Assembly: GCF_009914755.1 (NCBI RefSeq)
Contig: NC_060946.1
DNA: 64,000 nt
Origin: the human T2T-CHM13v2.0 reference genome, Homo sapiens
Reading direction: 5' to 3' (one strand)
In this document: piece after piece, positions 25,101 to 39,615 of the stretch
How positions within the stretch are numbered: position 1 is the first letter of the stretch
Layout of the letters: each line of letters starts with the position of its first letter
Notes under the pieces: model-generated
The model's input: the letters and a program-made list of their open reading frames with translations, nothing else
Told to the model about the DNA's origin: nothing
The model's database searches: none
Translations under genes and position numbers: made by a program

Positions 25101-28100
25101 TTTCTAGCTTGTAGGGGAAGATATTCCCTTTATCACCATGGTCCTCAAACCGTCCGAAACGTCCACTTCCATATACTACAAAAAGAGCGTTTCAAACCTG
25201 CTCTAGGAAAGGCAATGTTCAACTCTGTGACTTGAATGCAGACATCACAGAACAGTTTCTGAGAATGCTTCTGTCTAGATTTTATAGGAAGATATTCCCG
25301 TTTCCAACGAAATCTTCACAGCTATCCAAATATCCACTTGCAGATTCTACAAAAAGAGTGTATCAAAACTGCTCTGTCAAAAGGAAGGTTCTTCTCTGTT
25401 AGGTGAGTGCATACGTCATAAAGGAGTTTCTGAGAATGTTTCTGTCTAGTGGTTATGGGAAGATATTTGCTTTTTCACCGTAGGCCTCAGAGCGCTCCAA
25501 ATATCCACTTGCACATACTACAAAAAGAGTGCCTCAAAGCTGCTCTCTGAAACGGAATGTTCAACTCTATGAGTTGAATGCAAACATCACAAAGACGTTT
25601 CTGAGAATGCTTCTGTCTAGATTTGATATGAAGATATTCCCGTTTCCAACGAAATCTTCAAATCTATCCAAATGTCCACTTGCAGATTCAACAAAAAGTG
25701 TTTTTCAGAACTGCTCTATCAAAAGAAAGATCCACCTCTGTTAGCTGAGTTCACACATCACAAACAAGTTTATGAGAATGCTTCTGTCTAGTTTTTATTT
25801 GAAGATATTTCCTTTCTCACCATAGACCTGAAAGCTGTCCTAATGTTCACTTCCAGATACTACAGAAAGAGTGTTTCAAAACTGCTGTACGAAAGGGAAT
25901 GTTCAACTCTGTGACTTGAATGCACACATCACAAAGAAGTTTCTGAGGATGCTGCTGTCTACTTTTTATACGTAATCCCGTTTCCAACGAAATCCTCCAA
26001 GCTATCCAAATATCCACTTGCAGATTCCACAGAAAGACTGTTTCAAAACTGCTCTGTCAATAGAAAGGTTCAACTCTGTTAGCTGCGTGCATATATCCCA
26101 AAGAAGATTCTGAGATTGCTTCTGTCTAGTTTTTATGGGAAGATATTTCCCTTTTCACCGTAGGCGTCAAGGCGCTCCAAATGTCCACTTCCAGATACTA
26201 CAAAAAGAGTGTTTCAAACCTACTCTGTGAAAGCGAATATTCAACTCTGTGACTTCAATGCACATATCACAAAGAAGTTTCTGAGAATGCTTCTGTCGAG
26301 ATTTTATATGAAGATATTCCCGTTTCCAACGAAATCCTGAAATCTATCCAAATATCCCCTCGCAGATTCTACAAAAAGAGTGTTTCAAAACTGCTCTGTA
26401 AAAAGAAAGGTTCAACTCTGTTAGTTGAGTACACACATCACAAACAAGTTTCACAGAATGCTTCTTTCTAGCTTGTAGGGGAAGATATTCCCTTTATCAC
26501 CATGGGCCTCCAACCGTCCGAAACGTCCACTTCCATATACTACAAAAAGAGCGTTTCAAACCTGCTCTATGAAAGGCAATGTTCAACTCTGTGACTTGAA
26601 TGCAGACATCACAGAGCAGTTTCTGAGAATGCTTCTGTCTAGATTTTATAGGAAGATATTCCCGTTTCCAACGAAATCTTCACAGCTATCCAAATATCCA
26701 CTTGCAGATTCTACAAAAAGAGTGTATCAAAACTGCTCTGTCAAAAGGAAGGTTCTTCTCTGTTAGGTGAGTGCATACGTCATAAAGGAGTTTCTGAGAA
26801 TGTTTCTGTCTAGTGGTTATGGGAAGATATTTGCTTTTTCACCGTAGGCCTCAGAGCGCTCCAAATATCCACTTGCACATACTACAAAAAGAGTGCCTCA
26901 AAGCTGCTCTCTGAAACGGAATGTTCAACTCTATGAGTTGAATGCAAACATCACAAAGACGTTTCTGAGAATGCTTCTGTCTAGATTTGATATGAAGATA
27001 TTCCCGTTTCCAACGAAATCTTCAAATCTATCCAAATGTCCACTTGCAGATTCAACAAAAAGTGTTTTTCAGAACTGCTCTATCAAAAGAAAGATCCACC
27101 TCTGTTAGCTGAGTTCACACATCACAAACAAGTTTATGAGAATGCTTCTGTCTAGTTTTTATTTGAAGATATTTCCTTTCTCACCATAGACCTGAAAGCT
27201 GTCCTAATGTTCACTTCCAGATACTACAGAAAGAGTGTTTCAAAACTGCTGTACGAAAGGGAATGTTCAACTCTGTGACTTGAATGCACACATCACAAAG
27301 AAGTTTCTGAGGATGCTGCTGTCTACTTTTTATACGTAATCCCGTTTCCAACGAAATCCTCCAAGCTATCCAAATATCCACTTGCAGATTCCACAGAAAG
27401 ACTGTTTCAAAACTGCTCTGTCAATAGAAAGGTTCAACTCTGTTAGCTGCGTGCATATATCCCAAAGAAGATTCTGAGATTGCTTCTGTCTAGTTTTTAT
27501 GGGAAGATATTTCCCTTTTCACCGTAGGCGTCAAGGCGCTCCAAATGTCCACTTCCAGATACTACAAAAAGAGTGTTTCAAACCTACTCTGTGAAAGGGA
27601 ATATTCAACTCTGTGACTTGAATGCACATATCACAAAGAAGTTTCTGAGAATGCTTCTGTCGAGATTTTATATGAAGATGTTCCCGTTTCCAACGAAATC
27701 CTGAAATCTATCCAAATATCACCTCGCAGATTCTACAAAAAGAGTGTTTCAAAACTGCTCTGTAAAAAGAAAGTTTCAACTCTGTTACTTGAGTACACAC
27801 ATCACAAACAAGTTTCACAGAATGCTTCTTTCTAGCTTGTAGGGGAAGATATTCCCTTTATCACCATGGTCCTCAAACCGTCCGAAACGTCCACTTCCAT
27901 ATACTACAAAAAGAGCGTTTCAAACCTGCTCTATGAAAGGCAATGTTCAACTCTGTGACTTGAATGCAGACATCACAGAGCAGTTTCTGAGAATGCTTCT
28001 GTCTAGATTTTATAGGAAGATATTCCCGTTTCCAACGAAATCTTCACAGCTATCCAAATATCCACTTGCAGATTCTACAAAAAGAGTGTATCAAAACTGC

Positions 28101-31100
28101 TCTGTCAAAAGGAAGGTTCTTCTCTTTTAGGTGAGTGCATACGTCATAAAGGAGTTTCTGAGAATGTTTCTGTCTAGTGGTTATGGGAAGATATTTGCTT
28201 TTTCACCGTAGGCCTCAGAGCGCTCCAAATATCCACTTGCACATACTACAAAAAGAGTGCCTCAAAGCTGCTCTCTGAAACGGAATGTTCAACTCTATGA
28301 GTTGAATGCAAACATCACAAAGACGTTTCTGAGAATGCTTCTGTCTAGATTTGATATGAAGATATTCCCGTTTCCAACGAAATCTTCAAATCTATCCAAA
28401 TGTCCACTTGCAGATTCAACAAAAAGTGTTTTTCAGAACTGCTCTATCAAAAGAAAGATCCACCTCTGTTAGCTGAGTTCACACATCACAAACAAGTTTA
28501 TGAGAATGCTTCTGTCTAGTTTTTATTTGAAGATATTTCCTTTCTCACCATAGACCTGAAAGCTGTCCTAATGTTCACTTCCAGATACTACAGAAAGAGT
28601 GTTTCAAAACTGCTGTACGAAAGGGAATGTTCAACTCTGTGACTTGAATGCACACATCACAAAGAAGTTTCTGAGGATGCTGCTGTCTACTTTTTATACG
28701 TAATCCCGTTTCCAACGAAATCCTCCAAGCTATCCAAATATCCACTTGCAGATTCCACAGAAAGACTGTTTCAAAACTGCTCTGTCAATAGAAAGGTTCA
28801 ACTCTGTTAGCTGCGTGCATATATCCCAAAGAAGATTCTGAGATTGCTTCTGTCTAGTTTTTATGGGAAGATATTTCCCTTTTCACCGTAGGCGTCAAGG
28901 CGCTCCAAATGTCCACTTCCAGATACTACAAAAAGAGTGTTTCAAACCTACTCTGTGAAAGCGAATATTCAACTCTGTGACTTGAATGCACATATCACAA
29001 AGAAGTTTCTGAGAATGCTTCTGTCGAGATTTTATATGAAGATATTCCCGTTTCCAACGAAATCCTGAAATCTATCCAAATATCCCCTCGCAGATTCTAC
29101 AAAAAGAGTGTTTCAAAACTGCTCTGTAAAAAGAAAGGTTCAACTCTGTTAGTTGAGTACACACATCACAAACAAGTTTCACAGAATGCTTCTTTCTAGC
29201 TTGTAGGGGAAGATATTCCCTTTATCACCATGGGCCTCCAACCGTCCGAAACGTCCACTTCCATATACTACCAAAAGAGCGTTTCAAACCTGCTCTATGA
29301 AAGGCAATGTTCAACTCTGTGACTTGAATGCAGACATCACAGAGCAGTTTCTGAGAATGCTTCTGTCTAGATTTTATAGGAAGATATTCCCGTTTCCAAC
29401 GAAATCTTCACAGCTATCCAAATATCCACTTGCAGATTCTACAAAAAGAGTGTATCAAAACTGCTCTGTCAAAAGGAAGGTTCTTCTCTTTTAGGTGAGT
29501 GCATACGTCATAAAGGAGTTTCTGAGAATGTTTCTGTCTAGTGGTTATGGGAAGATATTTGCTTTTTCACCGTAGGCCTCAGAGCGCTCCAAATATCCAC
29601 TTGCACATACTACAAAAAGAGTGCCTCAAAGCTGCTCTCTGAAACGGAATGTTCAACTCTATGAGTTGAATGCAAACATCACAAAGACGTTTCTGAGAAT
29701 GCTTCTGTCTAGATTTGATATGAAGATATTCCCGTTTCCAACGAAATCTTCAAATCTATCCAAATGTCCACTTGCAGATTCAACAAAAAGTGTTTTTCAG
29801 AACTGCTCTATCAAAAGAAAGATCCACCTCTGTTAGCTGAGTTCACACATCACAAACAAGTTTATGAGAATGCTTCTGTCTAGTTTTTATTTGAAGATAT
29901 TTCCTTTCTCACCATAGACCTGAAAGCTGTCCTAATGTTCACTTCCAGATACTACAGAAAGAGTGTTTCAAAACTGCTGTACGAAAGGGAATGTTCAACT
30001 CTGTGACTTGAATGCACACATCACAAAGAAGTTTCTGAGGATGCTGCTGTCTACTTTTTATACGTAATCCCGTTTCCAACGAAATCCTCCAAGCTATCCA
30101 AATATCCACTTGCAGATTCCACAGAAAGACTGTTTCAAAACTGCTCTGTCAATAGAAAGGTTCAACTCTGTTAGCTGCGTGAATATATCTCAAAGAAGAT
30201 TCTGAGATTGCTTCTGTCTAGTTTTTATGGGAAGATATTTCCCTTTTCACCGTAGGCGTCAAGGCGCTCCAAATGTCCACTTCCAGATACTACAAAAAGA
30301 GTGTTTCAAACCTACTCTGTGAAAGCGAATATTCAACTCTGTGACTTGAATGCACATATCACAAAGAAGTTTCTGAGAATGCTTCTGTCGAGATTTTATA
30401 TGAAGATATTCCCGTTTCCAACGAAATCCTGAAATCTATCCAAATATCCCCACGCAGATTCTGCAAAAAGAGTGTTTCAAAACTGCTCTGTAAAAAGAAA
30501 GGTTCAACTCTGTTAGTTGAGTACACACATCACAAACAAGTTTCACAGAATGCTTCTTTCTAGCTTGTAGGGGAAGATATTCCCTTTATCACCATGGGCC
30601 TCCAACCGTCCGAAACGTCCACTTCCATATACTACAAAAAGAGCGTTTCAAACCTGCTCTAGGAAAGGCAATGTTCAACTCTGTGACTTGAATGCAGACA
30701 TCACAGAGCAGTTTCTGAGAATGCTTCTGTCTAGATTTTATAGGAAGATATTCCCGTTTCCAACGAAATCTTCACAGCTATCCAAATATCCACTTGCAGA
30801 TTCTACAAAAAGAGTGTATCAAAACTGCTCTGTCAAAAGGAAGGTTCTTCTCTGTTAGGTGAGTGCATACGTCATAAAGGAGTTTCTGAGAATGTTTCTG
30901 TCTAGTGGTTATGGGAAGATATTTGCTTTTTCACCGTAGGCCTCAGAGCGCTCCAAATATCCACTTGCACATACTACAAAAAGAGTGCCTCAAAGCTGCT
31001 CTTTGAAACGGAATGTTCAACTCTATGAGTTGAATGCAAACATCACAAAGACGTTTCTGAGAATGCTTCTGTCTAGATTTGATATGAAGATATTCCCGTT

Positions 31101-34100
31101 TCCAACGAAATCTTCAAATCTATCCAAATGTCCACTTGCAGATTCAACAAAAAGTGTTTTTCAGAACTGCTCTATCAAAAGAAAGATCCACATCTGTTAG
31201 CTGAGTTCACACATCACAAACAAGTTTATGAGAATGCTTCTGTCTAGTTTTTATTTGAAGATATTTCCTTTCTCACCATAGACCTGAAAGCTGTCCTAAT
31301 GTTCACTTCCAGATACTACAGAAAGAGTGTTTCAAAACTGCTGTATGAAAGGGAATGTTGAACTCTGTGACTTGAATGCACACATCACAAAGAAGTTTCT
31401 GAGGATGCTGCTGTCTACTTTTTATATGTAATCCCGTTTCCAACGAAATCCTCCAAGCTATCCAAATATCCACTTGCAGATTCCACAGAAAGACTGTTTC
31501 AAAACTGCTCTGTCAATAGAAAGGTTCAACTCTGTTAGCTGCGTGCATATATCCCAAAGAAGATTCTGAGATTGCTTCTGTCTAGTTTTTATGGGAAGAT
31601 ATTTCCCTTTTCACCGTAGGCGTCAAGGCGCTCCAAATGTCCACTTCCAGATACTACAAAAAGAGTGTTTCAAACCTACTCTGTGAAAGGGAATATTCAA
31701 CTCTGTGACTTGAATGCACATATCACAAAGAAGTTTCTGATAATGCTTCTGTCGAGATTTTATATGAAGATATTCCCGTTTCCAACGAAATCCTGAAATC
31801 TATCCAAATATCCCCTCGCAGATTCTACAAAAAGAGTGTTTCAAAACTGCTCTGTAAAAAGAAAGGTTCAACTCTGTTAGTTGAGTACACACATCACAAA
31901 CAAGTTTCACAGAATGCTTCTTTCTAGCTTGTAGGGGAAGATATTCCCTTTATCACCATGGGCCTCCAAACGTCCGAAACGTCCACTTCCATATACTACA
32001 AAAAGAGCGTTTCAAACCTGCTCTAGGAAAGGCAATGTTCAACTCTGTGACTTGAATGCAGACATCACAGAGCAGTTTCTGAGAATGCTTCTGTCTAGAT
32101 TTTATAGGAAGATATTCCCGTTTCCAACGAAATCTTCACAGCTATCCAAATATCCACTTGCAGATTCTACAAAAAGAGTGTATCAAAACTGCTCTGTCAA
32201 AAGGAAGGTTCTTCTCTGTTAGGTGAGTGCATACGTCATAAAGGAGTTTCTGAGAATGTTTCTGTCTAGTGGTTATGGGAAGATATTTGCTTTTTCACCG
32301 TAGGCCTCAGAGCGCTCCAAATATCCACTTGCACATACTACAAAAAGAGTGCCTCAAAGCTGCTCTCTGAAACGGAATGTTCAACTCTATGAGTTGAATG
32401 CAAACATCACAAAGACGTTTCTGAGAATGCTTCTGTCTAGATTTGATATGAAGATATTCCCGTTTCCAACGAAATCTTCAAATCTATCCAAATGTCCACT
32501 TGCAGATTCAACAAAAAGTGTTTTTCAGAACTGCTCTATCAAAAGAAAGATCCACCTCTGTTAGCTGAGTTCACACATCACAAACAAGTTTATGAGAATG
32601 CTTCTGTCTAGTTTTTATTTGAAGATATTTCCTTTCTCACCATAGACCTGAAAGCTGTCCTAATGTTCACTTCCAGATACTACAGAAAGAGTGTTTCAAA
32701 ACTGCTGTACGAAAGGGAATGTTCAACTCTGTGACTTGAATGCACACATCACAAAGAAGTTTCTGAGGATGCTGCTGTCTACTTTTTATACGTAATCCCG
32801 TTTCCAACGAAATCCTCCAAGCTATCCAAATATCCACTTGCAGATTCCACAGAAAGACTGTTTCAAAACTGCTCTGTCAATAGAAAGGTTCAACTCTGTT
32901 AGCTGCGTGCATATATCCCAAAGAAGATTCTGAGATTGCTTCTGTCTAGTTTTTATGGGAAGATATTTCCCTTTTCACCGTAGGCGTCAAGGCGCTCCAA
33001 ATGTCCACTTCCAGATACTACAAAAAGAGTGTTTCAAACCTACTCTGTGAAAGGGAATATTCAACTCTGTGACTTGAATGCACATATCACAAAGAAGTTT
33101 CTGATAATGCTTCTGTCGAGATTTTATATGAAGATATTCCCGTTTCCAACGAAATCCTGAAATCTATCCAAATATCCCCTCGCAGATTCTACAAAAAGAG
33201 TGTTTCAAAACTGCTCTGTAAAAAGAAAGGTTCAACTCTGTTAGTTGAGTACACACATCACAAACAAGTTTCACAGAATGCTTCTTTCTAGCTTGTAGGG
33301 GAAGATATTCCCTTTATCACCATGGTCCTCAAACCGTCCGAAACGTCCACTTCCATATACTACAAAAAGAGCGTTTCAAACCTGCTCTAGGAAAGACAAT
33401 GTTCAACTCTGTGACTTGAATGCAGACATCACAGAACAGTTTCTGAGAATGCTTCTGTCTAGATTTTATAGGAAGATATTCCCGTTTCCAACGAAATCTT
33501 CACAGCTATCCAAATATCCACTTGCAGATTCTACAAAAAGAGTGTATCAAAACTGCTCTGTCAAAAGGAAGGTTCTTCTCTGTTAGGTGAGTGCATACGT
33601 CATAAAGGAGTTTCTGAGAATGTTTCTGTCTAGTGGTTATGGGAAGATATTTGCTTTTTCACCGTAGGCCTCAGAGCGCTCCAAATATCCACTTGCACAT
33701 ACTACAAAAAGAGTGCCTCAAAGCTGCTCTCTGAAACGGAATGTTCAACTCTATGAGTTGAATGCAAACATCACAAAGACGTTTCTGAGAATGCTTCTGT
33801 CTAGATTTGATATGAAGATATTCCCGTTTCCAACGAAATCTTCAAATCTATCCAAATGTCCACTTGCAGATTCAACAAAAAGTGTTTTTCAGAACTGCTC
33901 TATCAAAAGAAAGATCCACCTCTGTTAGCTGAGTTCACACATCACAAACAAGTTTATGAGAATGCTTCTGTCTAGTTTTTATTTGAAGATATTTCCTTTC
34001 TCACCATAGACCTGAAAGCTGTCCTAATGTTCACTTCCAGATACTACAGAAAGAGTGTTTCAAAACTGCTGTACGAAAGGGAATGTTCAACTCTGTGACT

Positions 34101-36887
34101 TGAATGCACACATCACAAAGAAGTTTCTGAGGATGCTGCTGTCTACTTTTTATACGTAATCCCGTTTCCAACGAAATCCTCCAAGCTATCCAAATATCCA
34201 CTTGCAGATTCCACAGAAAGACTGTTTCAAAACTGCTCTGTCAATAGAAAGGTTCAACTCTGTTAGCTGCGTGCATATATCCCAAAGAAGATTCTGAGAT
34301 TCCTTCTGTCTAGTTTTTATGGGAAGATATTTCCCTTTTCACCGTAGGCGTCAAGGCGCTCCAAATGTCCACTTCCAGATACTACAAAAAGAGTGTTTCA
34401 AACCTACTCTGTGAAAGCGAATATTCAACTCTGTGACTTGAATGCACATATCACAAAGAAGTTTCTGAGAATGCTTCTGTCGAGATTTTATATGAAGATA
34501 TTCCCGTTTCCAACGAAATCCTGAAATCTATCCAAATATCCCCTCGCAGATTCTACAAAAAGAGTGTTTCAAAACTGCTCTGTAAAAAGAAAGGTTCAAC
34601 TCTGTTAGTTGAGTACACACATCACAAACAAGTTTCACAGAATGCTTCTTTCTAGCTTGTAGGGGAAGATATTCCCTTTATCACCATGGGCCTCCAACCG
34701 TCCGAAACGTCCACTTCCATATACTACCAAAAGAGCGTTTCAAACCTGCTCTAGGAAAGGCAATGTTCAACTCTGTGACTTGAATGCAGACATCACAGAG
34801 CAGTTTCTGAGAATGCTTCTGTCTAGATTTTATAGGAAGATATTCCCGTTTCCAACGAAATCTTCACAGCTATCCAAATATCCACTTGCAGATTCTACAA
34901 AAAGAGTGTATCAAAACTGCTCTGTCAAAAGGAAGGTTCTTCTCTGTTAGGTGAGTGCATACGTCATAAAGGAGTTTCTGAGAATGTTTCTGTCTAGTGG
35001 TTATGGGAAGATATTTGCTTTTTCACCGTAGGCCTCAGAGCGCTCCAAATATCCACTTGCACATACTACAAAAAGAGTGCCTCAAAGCTGCTCTCTGAAA
35101 CGGAATGTTCAACTCTATGAGTTGAATGCAAACATCACAAAGACGTTTCTGAGAATGCTTCTGTCTAGATTTGATATGAAGATATTCCCGTTTCCAACGA
35201 AATCTTCAAATCTATCCAAATGTCCACTTGCAGATTCAACAAAAAGTGTTTTTCAGAACTGCTCTATCAAAAGAAAGATCCACCTCTGTTAGCTGAGTTC
35301 ACACATCACAAACAAGTTTATGAGAATGCTTCTGTCTAGTTTTTATTTGAAGATATTTCCTTTCTCACCATAGACCTGAAAGCTGTCCTAATGTTCACTT
35401 CCAGATACTACAGAAAGAGTGTTTCAAAACTGCTGTACGAAAGGGAATGTTCAACTCTGTGACTTGAATGCACACATCACAAAGAAGTTTCTGAGGATGC
35501 TGCTGTCTACTTTTTATACGTAATCCCGTTTCCAACGAAATCCTCCAAGCTATCCAAATATCCACTTGCAGATTCCACAGAAAGACTGTTTCAAAACTGC
35601 TCTGTCAATAGAAAGGTTCAACTCTGTTAGCTGCGTGCATATATCCCAAAGAAGATTCTGAGATTCCTTCTGTCTAGTTTTTATGGGAAGATATTTCCCT
35701 TTTCACCGTAGGCGTCAAGGCGCTCCAAATGTCCACTTCCAGATACTACAAAATGAGTGTTTCAAACCTACTCTGTGAAAGGGAATATTCAACTCTGTGA
35801 CTTGAATGCACATATCACAAAGAAGTTTCTGAGAATGCTTCTGTCGAGATTTTATATGAGGATATTCCCGTTTCCAACGAAATCCTGAAATCTATCCAAA
35901 TATCCCCTCGCAGATTCTACAAAAAGAGTGTTTCAAAACTGCTCTGTAAAAAGAAAGGTTCAACTCTGTTAGTTGAGTACACACATCACAAACAAGTTTC
36001 ACAGAATGCTTCTTTCTAGCTTGTAGGGGAAGATATTCCCTTTATCACCATGGTCCTCAAACCGTCCGAAACGTCCACTTCCATATACTACAAAAAGAGC
36101 GTTTCAAACCTGCTCTAGGAAAGGCAATGTTCAACTCTGTGACTTGAATGCAGACATCACAGAACAGTTTCTGAGAATGCTTCTGTCTAGATTTTATAGG
36201 AAGATATTCCCGTTTCCAACGAAATCTTCACAGCTATCCAAATATCCACTTGCAGATTCTACAAAAAGAGTGTATCAAAACTGCTCTGTCAAAAGGAAGG
36301 TTCTTCTCTGTTAGGTGAGTGCATACGTCATAAAGGAGTTTCTGAGAATGTTTCTGTCTAGTGGTTATGGGAAGATATTTGCTTTTTCACCGTAGGCCTC
36401 AGAGCGCTCCAAATATCCACTTGCACATACTACAAAAAGAGTGCCTCAAAGCTGCTCTCTGAAACGGAATGTTCAACTCTATGAGTTGAATGCAAACATC
36501 ACAAAGACGTTTCTGAGAATGCTTCTGTCTAGATTTGATATGAAGATATTCCCGTTTCCAACGAAATCTTCAAATCTATCCAAATGTCCACTTGCAGATT
36601 CAACAAAAAGTGTTTTTCAGAACTGCTCTATCAAAAGAAAGATCCACCTCTGTTAGCTGAGTTCACACATCACAAACAAGTTTATGAGAATGCTTCTGTC
36701 TAGTTTTTATTTGAAGATATTTCCTTTCTCACCATAGACCTGAAAGCTGTCCTAATGTTCACTTCCAGATACTACAGAAAGAGTGTTTCAAAACTGCTGT
36801 ACGAAAGGGAATGTTCAACTCTGTGACTTGAATGCACACATCACAAAGAAGTTTCTGAGGATGCTGCTGTCTACTTTTTATACGTAA

Positions 36888-36904
36888 TCCCGTTTCCAAT
36901 GAAA
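36888..36904 (-). other. Mutated CENP-B box (C>T at 36900), predicted non-binding
   Basis: tcccgtttccaaTgaaa: on the minus strand TTCG becomes TTCA, changing an essential consensus base. Confidence 0.88.
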
Positions 36905-39615
36905 TCCTCCAAGCTATCCAAATATCCACTTGCAGATTCCACAGAAAGACTGTTTCAAAACTGCTCTGTCAATAGAAAGGTTCAACTCTGTTAGCTGCGT
37001 GCATATATCCCAAAGAAGATTCTGAGATTGCTTCTGTCTAGTTTTTATGGGAAGATATTTCCCTTTTCACCGTAGGCGTCAAGGCGCTCCAAATGTCCAC
37101 TTCCAGATACTACAAAAAGAGTGTTTCAAACCTACTCTGTGAAAGCGAATATTCAACTCTGTGACTTGAATGCACATATCACAAAGAAGTTTCTGAGAAT
37201 GCTTCTGTCGAGATTTTATATGAAGATATTCCCGTTTCCAACGAAATCCTGAAATCTATCCAAATATCCCCTCGCAGATTCTACAAAAAGAGTGTTTCAA
37301 AACTGCTCTGTAAAAAGAAAGGTTCAACTCTGTTAGTTGAGTACACACATCACAAACAAGTTTCACAGAATGCTTCTTTCTAGCTTGTAGGGGAAGATAT
37401 TCCCTTTATCACCATGGGCCTCCAACCGTCCGAAACGTCCACTTCCATATACTACAAAAAGAGCGTTTCAAACCTGCTCTAGGAAAGGCAATGTTCAACT
37501 CTGTGACTTGAATGCAGACATCACAGAGCAGTTTCTGAGAATGCTTCTGTCTAGATTTTATAGGAAGATATTCCCGTTTCCAACGAAATCTTCACAGCTA
37601 TCCAAATATCCACTTGCAGATTCTACAAAAAGAGTGTATCAAAACTGCTCTGTCAAAAGGAAGGTTCTTCTCTGTTAGGTGAGTGCATACGTCATAAAGG
37701 AGTTTCTGAGAATGTTTCTGTCTAGTGGTTATGGGAAGATATTTGCTTTTTCACCGTAGGCCTCAGAGCGCTCCAAATATCCACTTGCACATACTACAAA
37801 AAGAGTGCCTCAAAGCTGCTCTCTGAAACGGAATGTTCAACTCTATGAGTTGAATGCAAACATCACAAAGACGTTTCTGAGAATGCTTCTGTCTAGATTT
37901 GATATGAAGATATTCCCGTTTCCAACGAAATCTTCAAATCTATCCAAATGTCCACTTGCAGATTCAACAAAAAGTGTTTTTCAGAACTGCTCTATCAAAA
38001 GAAAGATCCACCTCTGTTAGCTGAGTTCACACATCACAAACAAGTTTATGAGAATGCTTCTGTCTAGTTTTTATTTGAAGATATTTCCTTTCTCACCATA
38101 GACCTGAAAGCTGTCCTAATGTTCACTTCCAGATACTACAGAAAGAGTGTTTCAAAACTGCTGTACGAAAGGGAATGTTCAACTCTGTGACTTGAATGCA
38201 CACATCACAAAGAAGTTTCTGAGGATGCTGCTGTCTACTTTTTATACGTAATCCCGTTTCCAACGAAATCCTCCAAGCTATCCAAATATCCACTTGCAGA
38301 TTCCACAGAAAGACTGTTTCAAAACTGCTCTGTCAATAGAAAGGTTCAACTCTGTTAGCTGCGTGCATATATCCCAAAGAAGATTCTGAGATTCCTTCTG
38401 TCTAGTTTTTATGGGAAGATATTTCCCTTTTCACCGTAGGCGTCAAGGCGCTCCAAATGTCCACTTCCAGATACTACAAAATGAGTGTTTCAAACCTACT
38501 CTGTGAAAGGGAATATTCAACTCTGTGACTTGAATGCACATATCACAAAGAAGTTTCTGAGAATGCTTCTGTCGAGATTTTATATGAGGATATTCCCGTT
38601 TCCAACGAAATCCTGAAATCTATCCAAATATCCCCTCGCAGATTCTACAAAAAGAGTGTTTCAAAACTGCTCTGTAAAAAGAAAGGTTCAACTCTGTTAG
38701 TTGAGTACACACATCACAAACAAGTTTCACAGAATGCTTCTTTCTAGCTTGTAGGGGAAGATATTCCCTTTATCACCATGGTCCTCAAACCGTCCGAAAC
38801 GTCCACTTCCATATACTACAAAAAGAGCGTTTCAAACCTGCTCTAGGAAAGGCAATGTTCAACTCTGTGACTTGAATGCAGACATCACAGAACAGTTTCT
38901 GAGAATGCTTCTGTCTAGATTTTATAGGAAGATATTCCCGTTTCCAACGAAATCTTCACAGCTATCCAAATATCCACTTGCAGATTCTACAAAAAGAGTG
39001 TATCAAAACTGCTCTGTCAAAAGGAAGGTTCTTCTCTGTTAGGTGAGTGCATACGTCATAAAGGAGTTTCTGAGAATGTTTCTGTCTAGTGGTTATGGGA
39101 AGATATTTGCTTTTTCACCGTAGGCCTCAGAGCGCTCCAAATATCCACTTGCACATACTACAAAAAGAGTGCCTCAAAGCTGCTCTCTGAAACGGAATGT
39201 TCAACTCTATGAGTTGAATGCAAACATCACAAAGACGTTTCTGAGAATGCTTCTGTCTAGATTTGATATGAAGATATTCCCGTTTCCAACGAAATCTTCA
39301 AATCTATCCAAATGTCCACTTGCAGATTCAACAAAAAGTGTTTTTCAGAACTGCTCTATCAAAAGAAAGATCCACCTCTGTTAGCTGAGTTCACACATCA
39401 CAAACAAGTTTATGAGAATGCTTCTGTCTAGTTTTTATTTGAAGATATTTCCTTTCTCACCATAGACCTGAAAGCTGTCCTAATGTTCACTTCCAGATAC
39501 TACAGAAAGAGTGTTTCAAAACTGCTGTACGAAAGGGAATGTTCAACTCTGTGACTTGAATGCACACATCACAAAGAAGTTTCTGAGGATGCTGCTGTCT
39601 ACTTTTTATACGTAA

